Notes: generated by a model from the sequence alone, not told the origin. A DNA stretch of 64,000 bases from an uncultured Campylobacterales bacterium (GCA_964560425.1 CAZLLE010000017.1:9084-73083), one strand, 5' to 3'; counted from the first letter of the stretch, positions 38,943 to 48,514 are shown. Numbers and translations: made by a program.

Positions 38943-39093
38943 TTCTTTTTTCACATTCACTATCTCCACTAGCTGTTGGTATGCAGTCTGGATATATAAT
39001 CTGTTGTTTTTTTGCTGTAGTAGTTTGTGTGCTATTTTGTACACATCCACCAAATAAGAAAATAGCGATAATTAAATAGAGAAAATTTTTCAT
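38917..39093 (-). CDS. small lipoprotein (58 aa), paralog-like to 35133-35279
   Basis: MKNFLYLIIAIFLFGGC lipobox. AAGGA ribosome-binding site before the ATG at 39093. Shares IIYPDCIPTAS with DIYPNCVPST of the other small lipoprotein. Its 3' end overlaps the convergent MgtC-like gene by 26 nt. Confidence 0.45.
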   Translation of the reverse strand: MKNFLYLIIAIFLFGGCVQNSTQTTTAKKQQIIYPDCIPTASGDSECEKRIKLQYQNR

Positions 39094-39224
39094 GTTCATC
39101 CTTTTTGTTTTCTTCATTTAAATCGGTTATTTCATAAAAAAATGTAACCTTTTAGCATTTCCTATTAGGGAGTATAAATTTAAAAAAGAGAAAACAACAA
39201 TAGAGAGATTCAACTGTTACAAGA

Positions 39225-40739
39225 TTAAGAGCTTCTCAAAAGTTGTCTCTTATTTGCTTTGTTCATCTTTTTGGATCTTAAATCTGGAATAGAAGTAGCA
39301 TTTTGGCGTAAAAAATCAGGTATTGACCTACCTCTAATTTTGATAATATCTTTGATAAGAGAGTCTGCTATCTTTCTTTTATCATAATTTAAAACTTCAC
39401 TCAAATACCTAAAAACTAATTGAGATAATCTATTTAGTGATATCTGCCAAGTTGACTCAGTCTCTTTATATATCCACTCACTATATCTATAAAATCCTCC
39501 AAATACATCTCCATCTTCATATATATAATTTACCGTATGATAAAAATTTCCACTATTATATGTCAAATCCCAAAACCTTGCAAATCGTTTCATTTTTTGT
39601 ATCTCTTTAAAAGGTAATAGATCATTTTGTAAAATATCATAAGGGGGTTTATCACTATAAATCATTCCATATTTTTTATCATGACGACTCAAAGTTGTAC
39701 CTGAAAGTTTTTTGAGTATTCCTATTTGTATCTCTGAATTGGTTATTTTTTTGAGTTCATTTAAATTTTTACCAAAACTCTCCAAACTCTCACTTGGAAG
39801 TCCCACAATGAGATCGACATGAAGATGTGCAGAGGTTTCATTTTCCAAAAAACTAATATTTTCACTCACCTTTTTTAAATTCATCTTTCTATTTATATTA
39901 TCCAAAACATCAAGATTTAGAGATTGAATACCTATCTCTAATTGAAGTGAATTTGGAGGAAATTTACATAATCTCTCTCTTAATTGTGGAGGAAAATTAT
40001 CAGGAATTACCTCAAAATGTAGAGAATACTCTTCATCTTTACTAAGAAAAAAGTCCATAAGTTTATTGGCAAGACGGATATTTAGATTAAAGGTTCTATC
40101 AATAAATTTAAACTTTCTAGCTCCCTTTTCCCACAAAATATCAAATTCTTTTAATAAAATATCCATATCAAAATTGCGAACCTTCTCATCTATAGCTGAT
40201 AAACAAAACTCACACTCATAAGGGCATCCCCTTGAGGCTTCTACATACATGTACCTATTTTCTATGTCATGTTGAGTATAGTATTGATAGGGAAGATTTA
40301 GCTCTTTTAGTTTTGGTGGTATTGCCCTTATAAATCTATTTTCTATTTTTCTACTATTCAAAATATCTCTACATATCTCATAAAAAGATATCTCACCCTC
40401 ACCAGAAATAATATGATCTGCAATATCAAAATTAACTCTCAAAGGAAAATGGCTAACTTCAGGACCTCCCAAAATTATCTTTATATCAGGAGAGATTTTT
40501 TTTATAATCTCAATAATATTAGCTACATCTTGGGCATTCCAAATATATGTGCCAACTCCTATAATTTTTGGATTTTGATCCAAAATTTTTTCAGCTATAT
40601 CTTGTGGATTTGAATTGATAACAAATTCCAAAATTTCAGCTCTATTTTGAAGTTCATGGAGATTTGCATATAAATATCTAAGACCAATGGCGGTGTGTGT
40701 ATATCGTGAGTTAATTGCTACTAAAATAATATCTTTCAT
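39225..40739 (-). CDS. B12-binding-domain radical SAM protein (DUF4080-type)
   Basis: N-terminal cobalamin-binding-like Rossmann region, radical SAM motif ASRGCPYECEFC, and a long C-terminal extension. Confidence 0.85.
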   Translation of the reverse strand: MKDIILVAINSRYTHTAIGLRYLYANLHELQNRAEILEFVINSNPQDIAEKILDQNPKIIGVGTYIWNAQDVANIIEIIKKISPDIKIILGGPEVSHFPLRVNFDIADHIISGEGEISFYEICRDILNSRKIENRFIRAIPPKLKELNLPYQYYTQHDIENRYMYVEASRGCPYECEFCLSAIDEKVRNFDMDILLKEFDILWEKGARKFKFIDRTFNLNIRLANKLMDFFLSKDEEYSLHFEVIPDNFPPQLRERLCKFPPNSLQLEIGIQSLNLDVLDNINRKMNLKKVSENISFLENETSAHLHVDLIVGLPSESLESFGKNLNELKKITNSEIQIGILKKLSGTTLSRHDKKYGMIYSDKPPYDILQNDLLPFKEIQKMKRFARFWDLTYNSGNFYHTVNYIYEDGDVFGGFYRYSEWIYKETESTWQISLNRLSQLVFRYLSEVLNYDKRKIADSLIKDIIKIRGRSIPDFLRQNATSIPDLRSKKMNKANKRQLLRSS

Positions 40740-40850
40740 TTTTTATTATAACAGAGAAACAAAAAAGTTAAAGAATACTAGTCAGGCATCTATTTGTAAT
40801 TAACAGCACAACTAAGTTAAACTACTCCAAAAAGGAACCTCTTAGATCTC

Positions 40851-41792
40851 ATGATTTTTTTTTGGATTGTTATTACAATAATCGTAGCTATTTTTTCAGC
40901 TAGTATAGGTAAAATTGATTTAGACTTAATAAAAATATTTGACACTTCAACAATAGAATATCAAATTTTTACACAAATTCGCCTACCTCGTGTGATATTA
41001 GCATTTACAAGCGGGGGAATACTTGCCCTCTCTGGTCTTCTATTTCAAACCCTTTTTAGAAATCCTCTTACTACACCATTTACATTGGGAGTATCAAGTG
41101 GAGCTACTCTTGGAGCAGCTATAGCAATTATTTTTGGATTTTCATTTGTATCTTTTTTTGGTTTTATTGGAGCAATTAGCACCATTTTTGTTATCTACTT
41201 TTTTTCCAAAAAATTAAATTCAAATAGTGATCAAAGATTGATTTTGGTAGGAATTGCACTCTCATTTTTATACTCATCTATGTTACTAATAATCTATTAT
41301 TTGAGTGATTTTCAAGAGAGCTATTTGATCCTTAGATTTACAATGGGAAGCCTTTTGACTGTGGGATTTGGTGAAACTGTACCTATAATTTTGAGTGCTA
41401 CCATCGTAATATTTGTATCTCAAAAATATAAAAATGAACTCAAACTTTTATCAATTTCAAGTAATTTTGCATTTTTAGAGGGAGTAAATGTAGATAGGGT
41501 TTTAATTATACTTTTTGTAAGCATCTCTTTGGCTATTGGGATAGTTGTAAGTATCGTAGGACCTATTAGTTTTATTGGGCTTATCACTCCTCATATTATA
41601 AGAACTATTCTCAAAAAGAGTATAGATCAAATTATCATACCTACATTCATAGCAGGAGGGCTTTTTTTACTTATTTGTGACACTATCGCTAGAAATTTAC
41701 CAACTATCTCTGAAATACCTGTTGGTATTATTACATCATTTATTGGTGGAATTGTATTTGTTTATATTTTAATTAGTAGCAAAAAATATTAA
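40851..41792 (+). CDS. FecCD/BtuC-family ABC importer permease (orphan)
   Basis: About nine TM helices. QIRLPRVILAFTSGGILALSGLLFQTLFRNPL is the hallmark FecCD N-terminal block. No ATPase or binding protein is adjacent. Confidence 0.85.
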   Translation: MIFFWIVITIIVAIFSASIGKIDLDLIKIFDTSTIEYQIFTQIRLPRVILAFTSGGILALSGLLFQTLFRNPLTTPFTLGVSSGATLGAAIAIIFGFSFVSFFGFIGAISTIFVIYFFSKKLNSNSDQRLILVGIALSFLYSSMLLIIYYLSDFQESYLILRFTMGSLLTVGFGETVPIILSATIVIFVSQKYKNELKLLSISSNFAFLEGVNVDRVLIILFVSISLAIGIVVSIVGPISFIGLITPHIIRTILKKSIDQIIIPTFIAGGLFLLICDTIARNLPTISEIPVGIITSFIGGIVFVYILISSKKY

Positions 41793-41906
41793 TTTTTTTC
41801 TATTTTTATCCGATATTTTAGAAATAGTAGAAGAAAAGATTATAATTATTAATTTTTCATAAATATTAATGTATAATCAAAACAAATAATTCAAAAGGAA
41901 CATATC

Positions 41907-43832
41907 ATGAATAAAAAAGTACAATTTCTAGCTCTATCAATCACAACAATTGCCCTTCTAAGTGGCTGCGGTGAGGAACCAAAAGAGAATCCACTATACG
42001 AGCAATATCTCATAAACAAAAAAATTGCAGAACTTAACAAACCAAAGGTGCATCAAGAACCTAAAGTAGTAGTGGAACATGAAAAAGAGAAAGAAGTAAA
42101 AACTACACACACACCAGAACCAGAAAAAAAAGAAGTTGTACTAATTCATGATAAAAAAGAAGAACCGAAAGTTGTTCCTACTCCAGAAAAAGAAGAAGTT
42201 AAAAATAATACTCCTGTTCCTGAGAAAAAGGAGGTAAAAGTAGCTACTCCTGTTCCTGAGAAAAAGGAAGTAAAAGTAGTTACTCCTGTTCCTGAGAAAA
42301 AAGAGGTTACAAAAACTCAAGAAATTAAAGAGATCAAAAAAATTAAAGAAGTTCAACCAATCAAAGAGGTAAAAGAGGTTCAACCGATTAAAGAAATCAA
42401 AGAAGTAAAAGAGGTTCAAAAAGTTAGAGAGGTAAAAGAGGTAAAAAATATTACAACTCCAACAGAAAAAAAAGAGATTAAAGAGATTAAACAAGTTAAA
42501 GAGGTAAAACAAGAAACGACAAAAGTTAAAGAGATCAAACAAGTTAAAGAGGTACAACAAGAGACAACAAAAGTCAAAGAGATTCAAAAAGTAAAAGAAA
42601 TCAAAACTGAAATAGAAAAAAAAGAGATCAAAGAGGTTAAGAAAGTTAAAGAGGTCAGAGAAGTAAAACCAATCAAAGAGGTCAAACCTATAGCAATCAT
42701 CGAGAGTACCAAACCAAAAGTACATACTCATATGCATAGACACTCTTCAATACTAAAACACTCTCATCCACACTCTCATAATAAAGATGGATCTCATACG
42801 CACAAACCAAAAATTATAACAAAACCAGTAGTACACACTCATATGCATAGACATTCATCAATACTAGAACACTCACACCCTCATTCTCATGGGGCAAAAA
42901 GTTCACACACTCATGCAATTGAACCAATTACTCAAGCAAAGATAACACAATCACTCACTCAAACAAAAATTTTAAAAGAGGATTCAGCAAAAGATGTTTT
43001 AGACTCTATTAAATTTACACAAACAACAAAACAGATAGAGGTACCAAAAAAAGAGATATCAAATGCTACTCCATTAGATTTAGCAAAAACAAAAGCTAGT
43101 GCTAAAATCGCAAAATCTGTTGCATTAGTTGAAAATGCAAAAGCCGTTGCAACCGCACAAATCGCAACAGCTGTATCAGATGTTAAAATTGCACAAATCA
43201 AAGATAAAAAAGAGCCTATATCAGAGCAAAAGATAAAAAGAGAGCAAGAAAAATCAGATATACAAATCAAAAAAGCAATCCAAACAACTCAAAATGCAAA
43301 AGATAAATCTGCAAATAAAATTGCAAAAAGTATTATCAAACTAGAGAAAGCCATTCCAGAGGATAAAGATATAATCAGCAATGTATCAAGTCAACAAGAT
43401 ATTACAAAAATGCTAACAACTGTAAAAATAATCAAAGAGAATGCAGCAAAAGAGATTTTGAAATCTATTAAATTTATTGAATCTAATGAACCAGTAAATA
43501 AAGAGGAGAGCAAAGAGGTAAAATCTACTAGTGTAGAGATTGCAAAAGCAAAAGCAGCCGCAAAAATTGCAAAATCAATAGCATATGTGGAGAGTGCAAA
43601 AGCTGAAGCAACTGCACAAATAGCCCAAGCTGTAGCAGAAGTAAAATTAGCAGAAGTCAATAGTGAAGATAAATCTATCTCACCAGACAAACTAAAAATA
43701 GAACAAGAAAAATCTGCTGTAGCCATAACCAAAGCTGTAGCAACAACTCAAATTGCCAAAGCAAAAGCAGCCCAAACAATTGCAAAAAGTGTTGAAAAAG
43801 TAGAAAGAGCAAGAGTAGAGACAGAAAAATAA
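41907..43832 (+). CDS. highly repetitive lipoprotein (KE-rich repeats, duplicated His-rich block, duplicated Ala/Lys-rich helical module)
   Basis: Lipobox LLSGC. Contains 3x TPVPEKKEVKV(A/V), many (I/V)KEVKEV units, 2x VHTHMHRHSSIL(K/E)HSHPHSH...SHTH, and two related C-terminal modules of about 150 aa. Confidence 0.7.
   Translation: MNKKVQFLALSITTIALLSGCGEEPKENPLYEQYLINKKIAELNKPKVHQEPKVVVEHEKEKEVKTTHTPEPEKKEVVLIHDKKEEPKVVPTPEKEEVKNNTPVPEKKEVKVATPVPEKKEVKVVTPVPEKKEVTKTQEIKEIKKIKEVQPIKEVKEVQPIKEIKEVKEVQKVREVKEVKNITTPTEKKEIKEIKQVKEVKQETTKVKEIKQVKEVQQETTKVKEIQKVKEIKTEIEKKEIKEVKKVKEVREVKPIKEVKPIAIIESTKPKVHTHMHRHSSILKHSHPHSHNKDGSHTHKPKIITKPVVHTHMHRHSSILEHSHPHSHGAKSSHTHAIEPITQAKITQSLTQTKILKEDSAKDVLDSIKFTQTTKQIEVPKKEISNATPLDLAKTKASAKIAKSVALVENAKAVATAQIATAVSDVKIAQIKDKKEPISEQKIKREQEKSDIQIKKAIQTTQNAKDKSANKIAKSIIKLEKAIPEDKDIISNVSSQQDITKMLTTVKIIKENAAKEILKSIKFIESNEPVNKEESKEVKSTSVEIAKAKAAAKIAKSIAYVESAKAEATAQIAQAVAEVKLAEVNSEDKSISPDKLKIEQEKSAVAITKAVATTQIAKAKAAQTIAKSVEKVERARVETEK
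42210..42317 (+). repeat. three tandem 36-bp coding repeats
   Basis: actcctgttcctgagaaaaaggaggtaaaagtagct occurs three times (units start at 42210, 42246 and 42282) with a few substitutions. All are in frame. Confidence 0.9.
42720..42890 (+). repeat. duplicated His-rich coding block (two 60-bp cores, 111 bp apart)
   Basis: gtacatactcatatgcatagacactcttcaatactaaaacactctcatccacactctcat compared with the copy at 42831-42890. Confidence 0.9.
42968..43829 (+). repeat. internal duplication of a coding module of about 400-460 bp
   Basis: LKEDSAKDVLDSIKF...AKTKASAKIAKSVALVENAKAVATAQIATAVSDVKIAQ... parallels IKENAAKEILKSIKF...AKAKAAAKIAKSIAYVESAKAEATAQIAQAVAEVKLAE... Confidence 0.8.
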
Positions 43833-43895
43833 CTATTTAATAAATATCTGCAAGTATAAAAGCTTGTGGGTATTAATATATTTGATTTTGAATAG

Positions 43896-43986
43896 TGGCG
43901 GACAGTGAGAGATTCGAACTCTCGGTAGGATTACTCCTACGCATCCTTAGCAGGGATGTGGTTTCAGCCAGCTCACCCAACTGTCC
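43896..43986 (-). tRNA. tRNA-Ser (anticodon GCT), class II with a long variable arm
   Basis: Reverse complement folded by hand. Acceptor GGACAGT/ACTGTCC, anticodon stem CATCC/GGATG with loop CTGCTAA, variable stem GTAGGA/TCCTAC, T-loop TTCGAATC, CCA. Confidence 0.9.
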
Positions 43987-44020
43987 ATTTGAAAGAAGCA
44001 GAATTATACATAAACAATCT

Positions 44021-44704
44021 TTAAATTTTGCTTAAAATCCTACTTACTACCTCTTTTGGATTTTCTGCTTTATAGATTGGTCTACCTATTACAATAAAAT
44101 CTACCAACTCATCTTTGGCTTTATCCAAAGATGCAACTCTCTTTTGATCACCGCTATCCTCACCAAATGGTCTTATACCTGGAGTCAATGTAATAAATTT
44201 ATTTGAAGTACTCTCTTTGATAGATTTACTCTCAAAAGCAGAGCATACCACACCATCTATTCCACTTTGATAAGCGTTTTGGGCAAATTGTACTGCTTTT
44301 TTCTCTATGCTTTCATTATATATCTCTTGAAAGTTTTTTTCATCAAAACTTGTCAACGCTGTAACAGCCAAAACAAGTGGAGGATTTTTGGTATTTGATA
44401 ATCTATCCATGACTGTTTTCATTGCTACTTTACCACTAGAGGCATGAACATTAAACATATCTACACCTAATTTAGCTATCTCTTCTGCTGCGTCTGCCAT
44501 AGTATTTGGAATATCATAAAGTTTGAGATCCAAAAATATTTTGAAATTTGGATTAATCTCTTTTAGCTCTTTTATAAGTTGATAAGAGTCTCTAATATAA
44601 CTTCTAAAACCAACTTTGAGCCAAATATCAAACTCCTTTAGTTCATTGGCTAAGTCCAAATTCTCTTTGGCTGTTGGTAAATCCAAAGATACACAAAGTT
44701 TCAT
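44021..44704 (-). CDS. pyrF: orotidine 5'-phosphate decarboxylase
   Basis: MKLCVSLDL..., the DLKLYDIPNT catalytic block and a C-terminal GRPI motif. Confidence 0.9.
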   Translation of the reverse strand: MKLCVSLDLPTAKENLDLANELKEFDIWLKVGFRSYIRDSYQLIKELKEINPNFKIFLDLKLYDIPNTMADAAEEIAKLGVDMFNVHASSGKVAMKTVMDRLSNTKNPPLVLAVTALTSFDEKNFQEIYNESIEKKAVQFAQNAYQSGIDGVVCSAFESKSIKESTSNKFITLTPGIRPFGEDSGDQKRVASLDKAKDELVDFIVIGRPIYKAENPKEVVSRILSKI

Positions 44705-45102
44705 TTTTGACCTTTTCGTACAGAGTCCAACACACCATTTATAAATTTTGGAGCAGTATCAGCTGCAAGGTTTTTTGATAACTCTATTGCCTCATTTATA
44801 ATTACTGCATGATCCAAAGAGCCATGAAGCATCTCATAAATTCCAAGACGCAAAATCGCTCGCTCAATTGATCCTATACTATCAATTTTCCAATCTTTTA
44901 GATGTCTATTCGCCTCTTGATCTATCTGATCTAAATTTTCACTTATACCATTAAAGAGTGAAAGTGCAAAATCCTTTTGTTGATTTCTTATCTTTTTGTC
45001 TTCAAGAATATCTTCTACAAACTTCTCAATACTCTCATTACCCATATCTTTTGCGTATAGTAGAGAGATTACACTCTCTCTGACTTGATGTCGTGTTGCC
45101 AT
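44701..45102 (-). CDS. nusB: transcription antitermination factor NusB
   Basis: MATRHQVRESVISLLYA and the typical NusB helical layout. ATGA overlap with pyrF. Confidence 0.9.
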   Translation of the reverse strand: MATRHQVRESVISLLYAKDMGNESIEKFVEDILEDKKIRNQQKDFALSLFNGISENLDQIDQEANRHLKDWKIDSIGSIERAILRLGIYEMLHGSLDHAVIINEAIELSKNLAADTAPKFINGVLDSVRKGQK

Positions 45103-45105
45103 AGG

Positions 45106-45579
45106 TTAATTATCTTCCAAATTAGTATAAAGACTCATCATCTCAATAATAGTTGTCATTGCTTCAAAACCTTTATTTCCTGCTTTGCTTCCTGCTCTCT
45201 CAATAGCTTGTTCTATTGTATCAACTGTCAATACACCAAAAGATACAGCAGCATTATGTTTGAGACCTACAGAGGCAACACCCTTTGTAGCTTCAGCAGA
45301 TATATAATCAAAATGTGGCGTACTTCCACGAATCACAGCACCAACGCAACAAACTCCATCATATTTTCCAGAAGCTAACAGCTTTGAGAGTGCAAAAGGT
45401 ATCTCAAATGCACCAGGTACCAATACTAAATCAAGATTTGATTCATCTCCACCATGTCTTACAAATGCATCTTTTGCACCTTCGACTAATCTATCTGTAA
45501 TAATGTGATTAAATCTACCATTAATAATAGCTACCTTTTCATTTCCACTTAGTGCTAATTTTCCCTCTATGATATTCAT
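45106..45579 (-). CDS. ribH: 6,7-dimethyl-8-ribityllumazine synthase
   Basis: [22 protein letters not shown] and GNKG motifs. Confidence 0.93.
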   Translation of the reverse strand: MNIIEGKLALSGNEKVAIINGRFNHIITDRLVEGAKDAFVRHGGDESNLDLVLVPGAFEIPFALSKLLASGKYDGVCCVGAVIRGSTPHFDYISAEATKGVASVGLKHNAAVSFGVLTVDTIEQAIERAGSKAGNKGFEAMTTIIEMMSLYTNLEDN

Positions 45580-45645
45580 AAAATTCCTCTTTTTTATATT
45601 TTATTACTAAATTAAATATAGTACTTTTATACCATTTTATCTAAA

Positions 45646-46569
45646 TTAATTCAAACTATCCAAAATCAATAGTGCATCTTTATAGATAGGCTCATCAATA
45701 AAACCATACTCTTGATCCATAAAACCACTTACACCCTGCTCTATCATCTCTTCATACTGATTTTTAATATGTCTTGCTCTCTCAATTATCCAATCATCTG
45801 TCTTAAAAACCTCATTAGCAATCAAAACTTGTTTTGGACCAAGACAACTTTTGGCACTATAGCCCATTATTTTCTCTATTTTACACCAGTTTCTATAGCC
45901 TTCCAAATCATTATAGTTTTGATATGTAAAACCTACAGGAGTTACACCTGCAATTTTACTATCAATTAAAAATCTACTCATGATATATTCAATAGTAGGG
46001 TTACTAAATTGCAAAATAGATTGTGAAATTTTCAGATCATTTAAAAGGTCTAAAATACCAAGATAACAGACCTCAACAGTTCCATCTAAATTGATATAAC
46101 GAAGGTTATTAAAAGCTTCACTTGTCTCTATAGAGAGATGAAGTTTGATATCCTCATCCAAAATTTCCAAAACATTCTCTACATCTTCCAAATCTCTCAC
46201 TTTGGAGACACGAATAGCATCTGGTTTGACTTTATTTAAAAAGAGTATCTCCTCTTTACCACCTTTATCAAAAGGATTTACACGAACTGTGATCTTTGAC
46301 TTTGAATTTTCTAGATTGGATATAAATACAGCGGCCAAAAGCAGAGCTCTCTCTTTATATTGAGGAGCTACACCATCTTCCAAATTGATAATAATAATAT
46401 CAGCTTCCTGATCATCAATATTATTTAAATGGTCTATATTAAGAGGGTTCAGCATCATTGCTGATCTTATAGATGATATTTTTGCTGCCTTTCGATCAGG
46501 TGTACAGATTAGACCAGCTAACCATTCATCATCAAAACTATCAAAAAACGAGATATCTTTAAAAACCAT
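45646..46569 (-). CDS. HpcH/HpaI aldolase / citrate lyase beta (CitE)-like protein
   Basis: IIIINLEDGVAPQYKERA resembles the CitE DLEDAV..K..AR block and the layout is TIM-barrel-like. Substrate unknown. Confidence 0.6.
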   Translation of the reverse strand: MVFKDISFFDSFDDEWLAGLICTPDRKAAKISSIRSAMMLNPLNIDHLNNIDDQEADIIIINLEDGVAPQYKERALLLAAVFISNLENSKSKITVRVNPFDKGGKEEILFLNKVKPDAIRVSKVRDLEDVENVLEILDEDIKLHLSIETSEAFNNLRYINLDGTVEVCYLGILDLLNDLKISQSILQFSNPTIEYIMSRFLIDSKIAGVTPVGFTYQNYNDLEGYRNWCKIEKIMGYSAKSCLGPKQVLIANEVFKTDDWIIERARHIKNQYEEMIEQGVSGFMDQEYGFIDEPIYKDALLILDSLN

Positions 46570-46615
46570 GGAGGTACCTTTTTATGTAATAAGGCTTACA
46601 TGATATAATAACTTC

Positions 46616-46840
46616 ATGGAAAAAATACTAAATTGCATAGATAATTACATGAAAGATTTGGAGTGTAACATTATGGACATTGTAAATGATCAAGCTATTC
46701 CATTGACTGAAAAAAATAGACTTATGGAACCTATTGCTGATCAAAAAAAAGTTCTAGTTTACACAAAAGAGGCACTTTTGAGTATCAAAAGTAAAAAATA
46801 TGAAGCCAAATGTGGCATGATGAATCAAAGGAATAGTTAA
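46616..46840 (+). CDS. hypothetical small protein (74 aa)
   Basis: ORF ending 4 nt before the dut start. No family recognised. Confidence 0.35.
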   Translation: MEKILNCIDNYMKDLECNIMDIVNDQAIPLTEKNRLMEPIADQKKVLVYTKEALLSIKSKKYEAKCGMMNQRNS

Positions 46841-46843
46841 TAT

Positions 46844-47539
46844 ATGACAAACCAAGAGATGATCAAAGAGATGTTTACTCTCCAACAAAAACTCAATGAT
46901 AACACAAATGGCAAAGGTTGGGAAAAAGGATATACACAACATAATCGAATTATTAACTGGAGACGCTGTATATATATGGAGTCTGCTGAACTAATTGATA
47001 GTTTTAATTGGAAACATTGGAAAGATATCAATATAGAACCAAATTGGGAAAATGCAAAAGTTGAACTTGCTGATATTTGGCACTTTATTTTAAGCTTAGG
47101 ATTAGAACTATACAAAAATGAGAGATTGGGAGATATTGACCAAATAGCCCATGATGTATCACATATGAGATATTTTGATGAGTTTTGCAAAGAGGCACTT
47201 CAACCTGAAAAAGAGGATGCTTTTTCCATTATTAGTGTTGTTGAGTATCTTATGAAAAATAGTCTCAATCATGAAAGTTTCTCAAGATTGAGTGATGATT
47301 TTTTCTTGGTTGCTATTGAGTGTGGTCTTAATCTTGAAGAGTTATATAAACTATACATTGCAAAAAATGTCCTAAATGGTTTTAGACAAAATAATGGCTA
47401 CAAAGATGGAACTTATATCAAAACTTGGAATACTCAAGAGGATAATGAAGTGATGTTAGAGATATTAGAGCATGGCACACCAAATGCCCAAGAGCTATAT
47501 AACCAATTAGAAAAAAAGTATCAGACTATCTCCAAATGA
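46844..47539 (+). CDS. dut: dimeric all-alpha dUTPase (Campylobacter/trypanosomatid type)
   Basis: MFTLQQKLNDNTNGKGWEKGYT...INWRRCIYMESAELIDSFNWKHWK...ELADIWHFILSL closely parallels the C. jejuni dimeric dUTPase. Confidence 0.85.
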   Translation: MTNQEMIKEMFTLQQKLNDNTNGKGWEKGYTQHNRIINWRRCIYMESAELIDSFNWKHWKDINIEPNWENAKVELADIWHFILSLGLELYKNERLGDIDQIAHDVSHMRYFDEFCKEALQPEKEDAFSIISVVEYLMKNSLNHESFSRLSDDFFLVAIECGLNLEELYKLYIAKNVLNGFRQNNGYKDGTYIKTWNTQEDNEVMLEILEHGTPNAQELYNQLEKKYQTISK

Positions 47540-48060
47540 TCTCAAAAAAACTTATATTAATATGGTTGGTACTTTTACCAACTATACTACTTTCAAAAGC
47601 ACTCACAATGAGACAAATTTTAATACTCCATACCGTCAAAAATATTGCACTACAACATCCAAATAAGAGAGGAAAAACTTTTGAAAAAACAGCCATGGCA
47701 ATATGCCTAGTTGAAACAAGTGGAGGAAAAGCAAATTTTGGAGATAAACAACTACTTAGAAAAAATATCAAAGATGCCTCGTATGGAATAATGCAAGTAA
47801 GACTTCAAACAGCAAGATTTGTAGCTAAAGCATTTAATCTAGAATACATAAACCAAATGAGTGATATTGAAATCATCACAAACCTAATGCAAGATAACAA
47901 CTTCAGTGCCAAAATGGGTATTTTATATATAGTATGGCTAAGCGATCACTCAAAAAGCTATTTTGAAATGGTAAGCCGATACAACGGAGGCAGAGTAAAT
48001 CATCCATATTACAACAAAGTTCAAAACAAACTCAATTTTCTAAAAAAATATAAGTTTTAA
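47536..48060 (+). CDS. lytic transglycosylase (SLT-domain) protein
   Basis: Signal/anchor segment. Catalytic-Glu context AICLVETSGG followed by SYGIMQV. ATGA overlap with dut. Confidence 0.65.
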   Translation: MISKKLILIWLVLLPTILLSKALTMRQILILHTVKNIALQHPNKRGKTFEKTAMAICLVETSGGKANFGDKQLLRKNIKDASYGIMQVRLQTARFVAKAFNLEYINQMSDIEIITNLMQDNNFSAKMGILYIVWLSDHSKSYFEMVSRYNGGRVNHPYYNKVQNKLNFLKKYKF

Positions 48061-48184
48061 AAGAGTAATTTTAGACACTTTTTACAAAACAGGATAAAAA
48101 AACTCCTAATTTCTTTCTAATTAAGACTATTTTTATCTTCTTTAATATATCATTATGATAATAACAATCATAACGGAGAACTAT

Positions 48185-48514
48185 ATGAAGAGATTAATAA
48201 TTTCACTAACATTTTTAGCAACAATCAATTTAAGTGCTAATGTAAAGGCGGGAGAAAAAGTATATAAAGAGAATTGTGCTGTTTGTCACACTGTAAATGG
48301 TGGCTCTGCTTTAGGTCCTGATTTTAACATTGTATCTTATACAAGGCACAAAAAAGATATAGAGAACTATGCAAAAGATCCATATTCTCTTTTTGAGAAA
48401 TTTGGATACAGTGCAAATGCAATGCCTACATTACCATTGGAAGATCAAGAATTTAGGGATGTTGCGGATTATATCTCATCTTTACAACCATTTAAAGAGT
48501 GGATGAAAAAGTAA
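48185..48514 (+). CDS. periplasmic monoheme c-type cytochrome
   Basis: Signal peptide, CAVCH heme-binding motif, and a distal Met candidate (NAMP). GGAG ribosome-binding site before 48185. Confidence 0.8.
   Translation: MKRLIISLTFLATINLSANVKAGEKVYKENCAVCHTVNGGSALGPDFNIVSYTRHKKDIENYAKDPYSLFEKFGYSANAMPTLPLEDQEFRDVADYISSLQPFKEWMKK

Noticed and set aside
38917-40739. Radical SAM plus downstream small peptide as a RiPP cluster
   Set aside because: The small protein has a classical lipoprotein signal. A paralog-like peptide occurs away from any radical SAM gene. The DUF4080-type enzyme is, as far as I recall, broadly conserved without peptide partners. The idea is kept only as a low-probability note inside the small-lipoprotein finding.
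42210-42700. Tandem short repeats that could superficially suggest a CRISPR-like or satellite array
   Set aside because: The repeats are contiguous, in frame, have no unique spacers, and lie inside a single ORF. They are coding repeats, and no CRISPR array exists in the window.
42141-43732. Long antisense ORFs (42141-42743, 42959-43270, 43391-43732) inside the repetitive lipoprotein gene
   Set aside because: They are reverse-frame shadows of KE-rich and Ala-rich repeats and give low-complexity F/L/N or A/S/F strings. They have no ribosome-binding sites, and the sense frame has a lipobox and coherent repeats.
46844-48060. dUTPase plus lytic transglycosylase as a hint of prophage
   Set aside because: The dUTPase is the dimeric type native to Campylobacterota chromosomes. 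There are no structural, integrase or terminase genes nearby, and the flanks are housekeeping (ribH-nusB-pyrF, cytochrome c).
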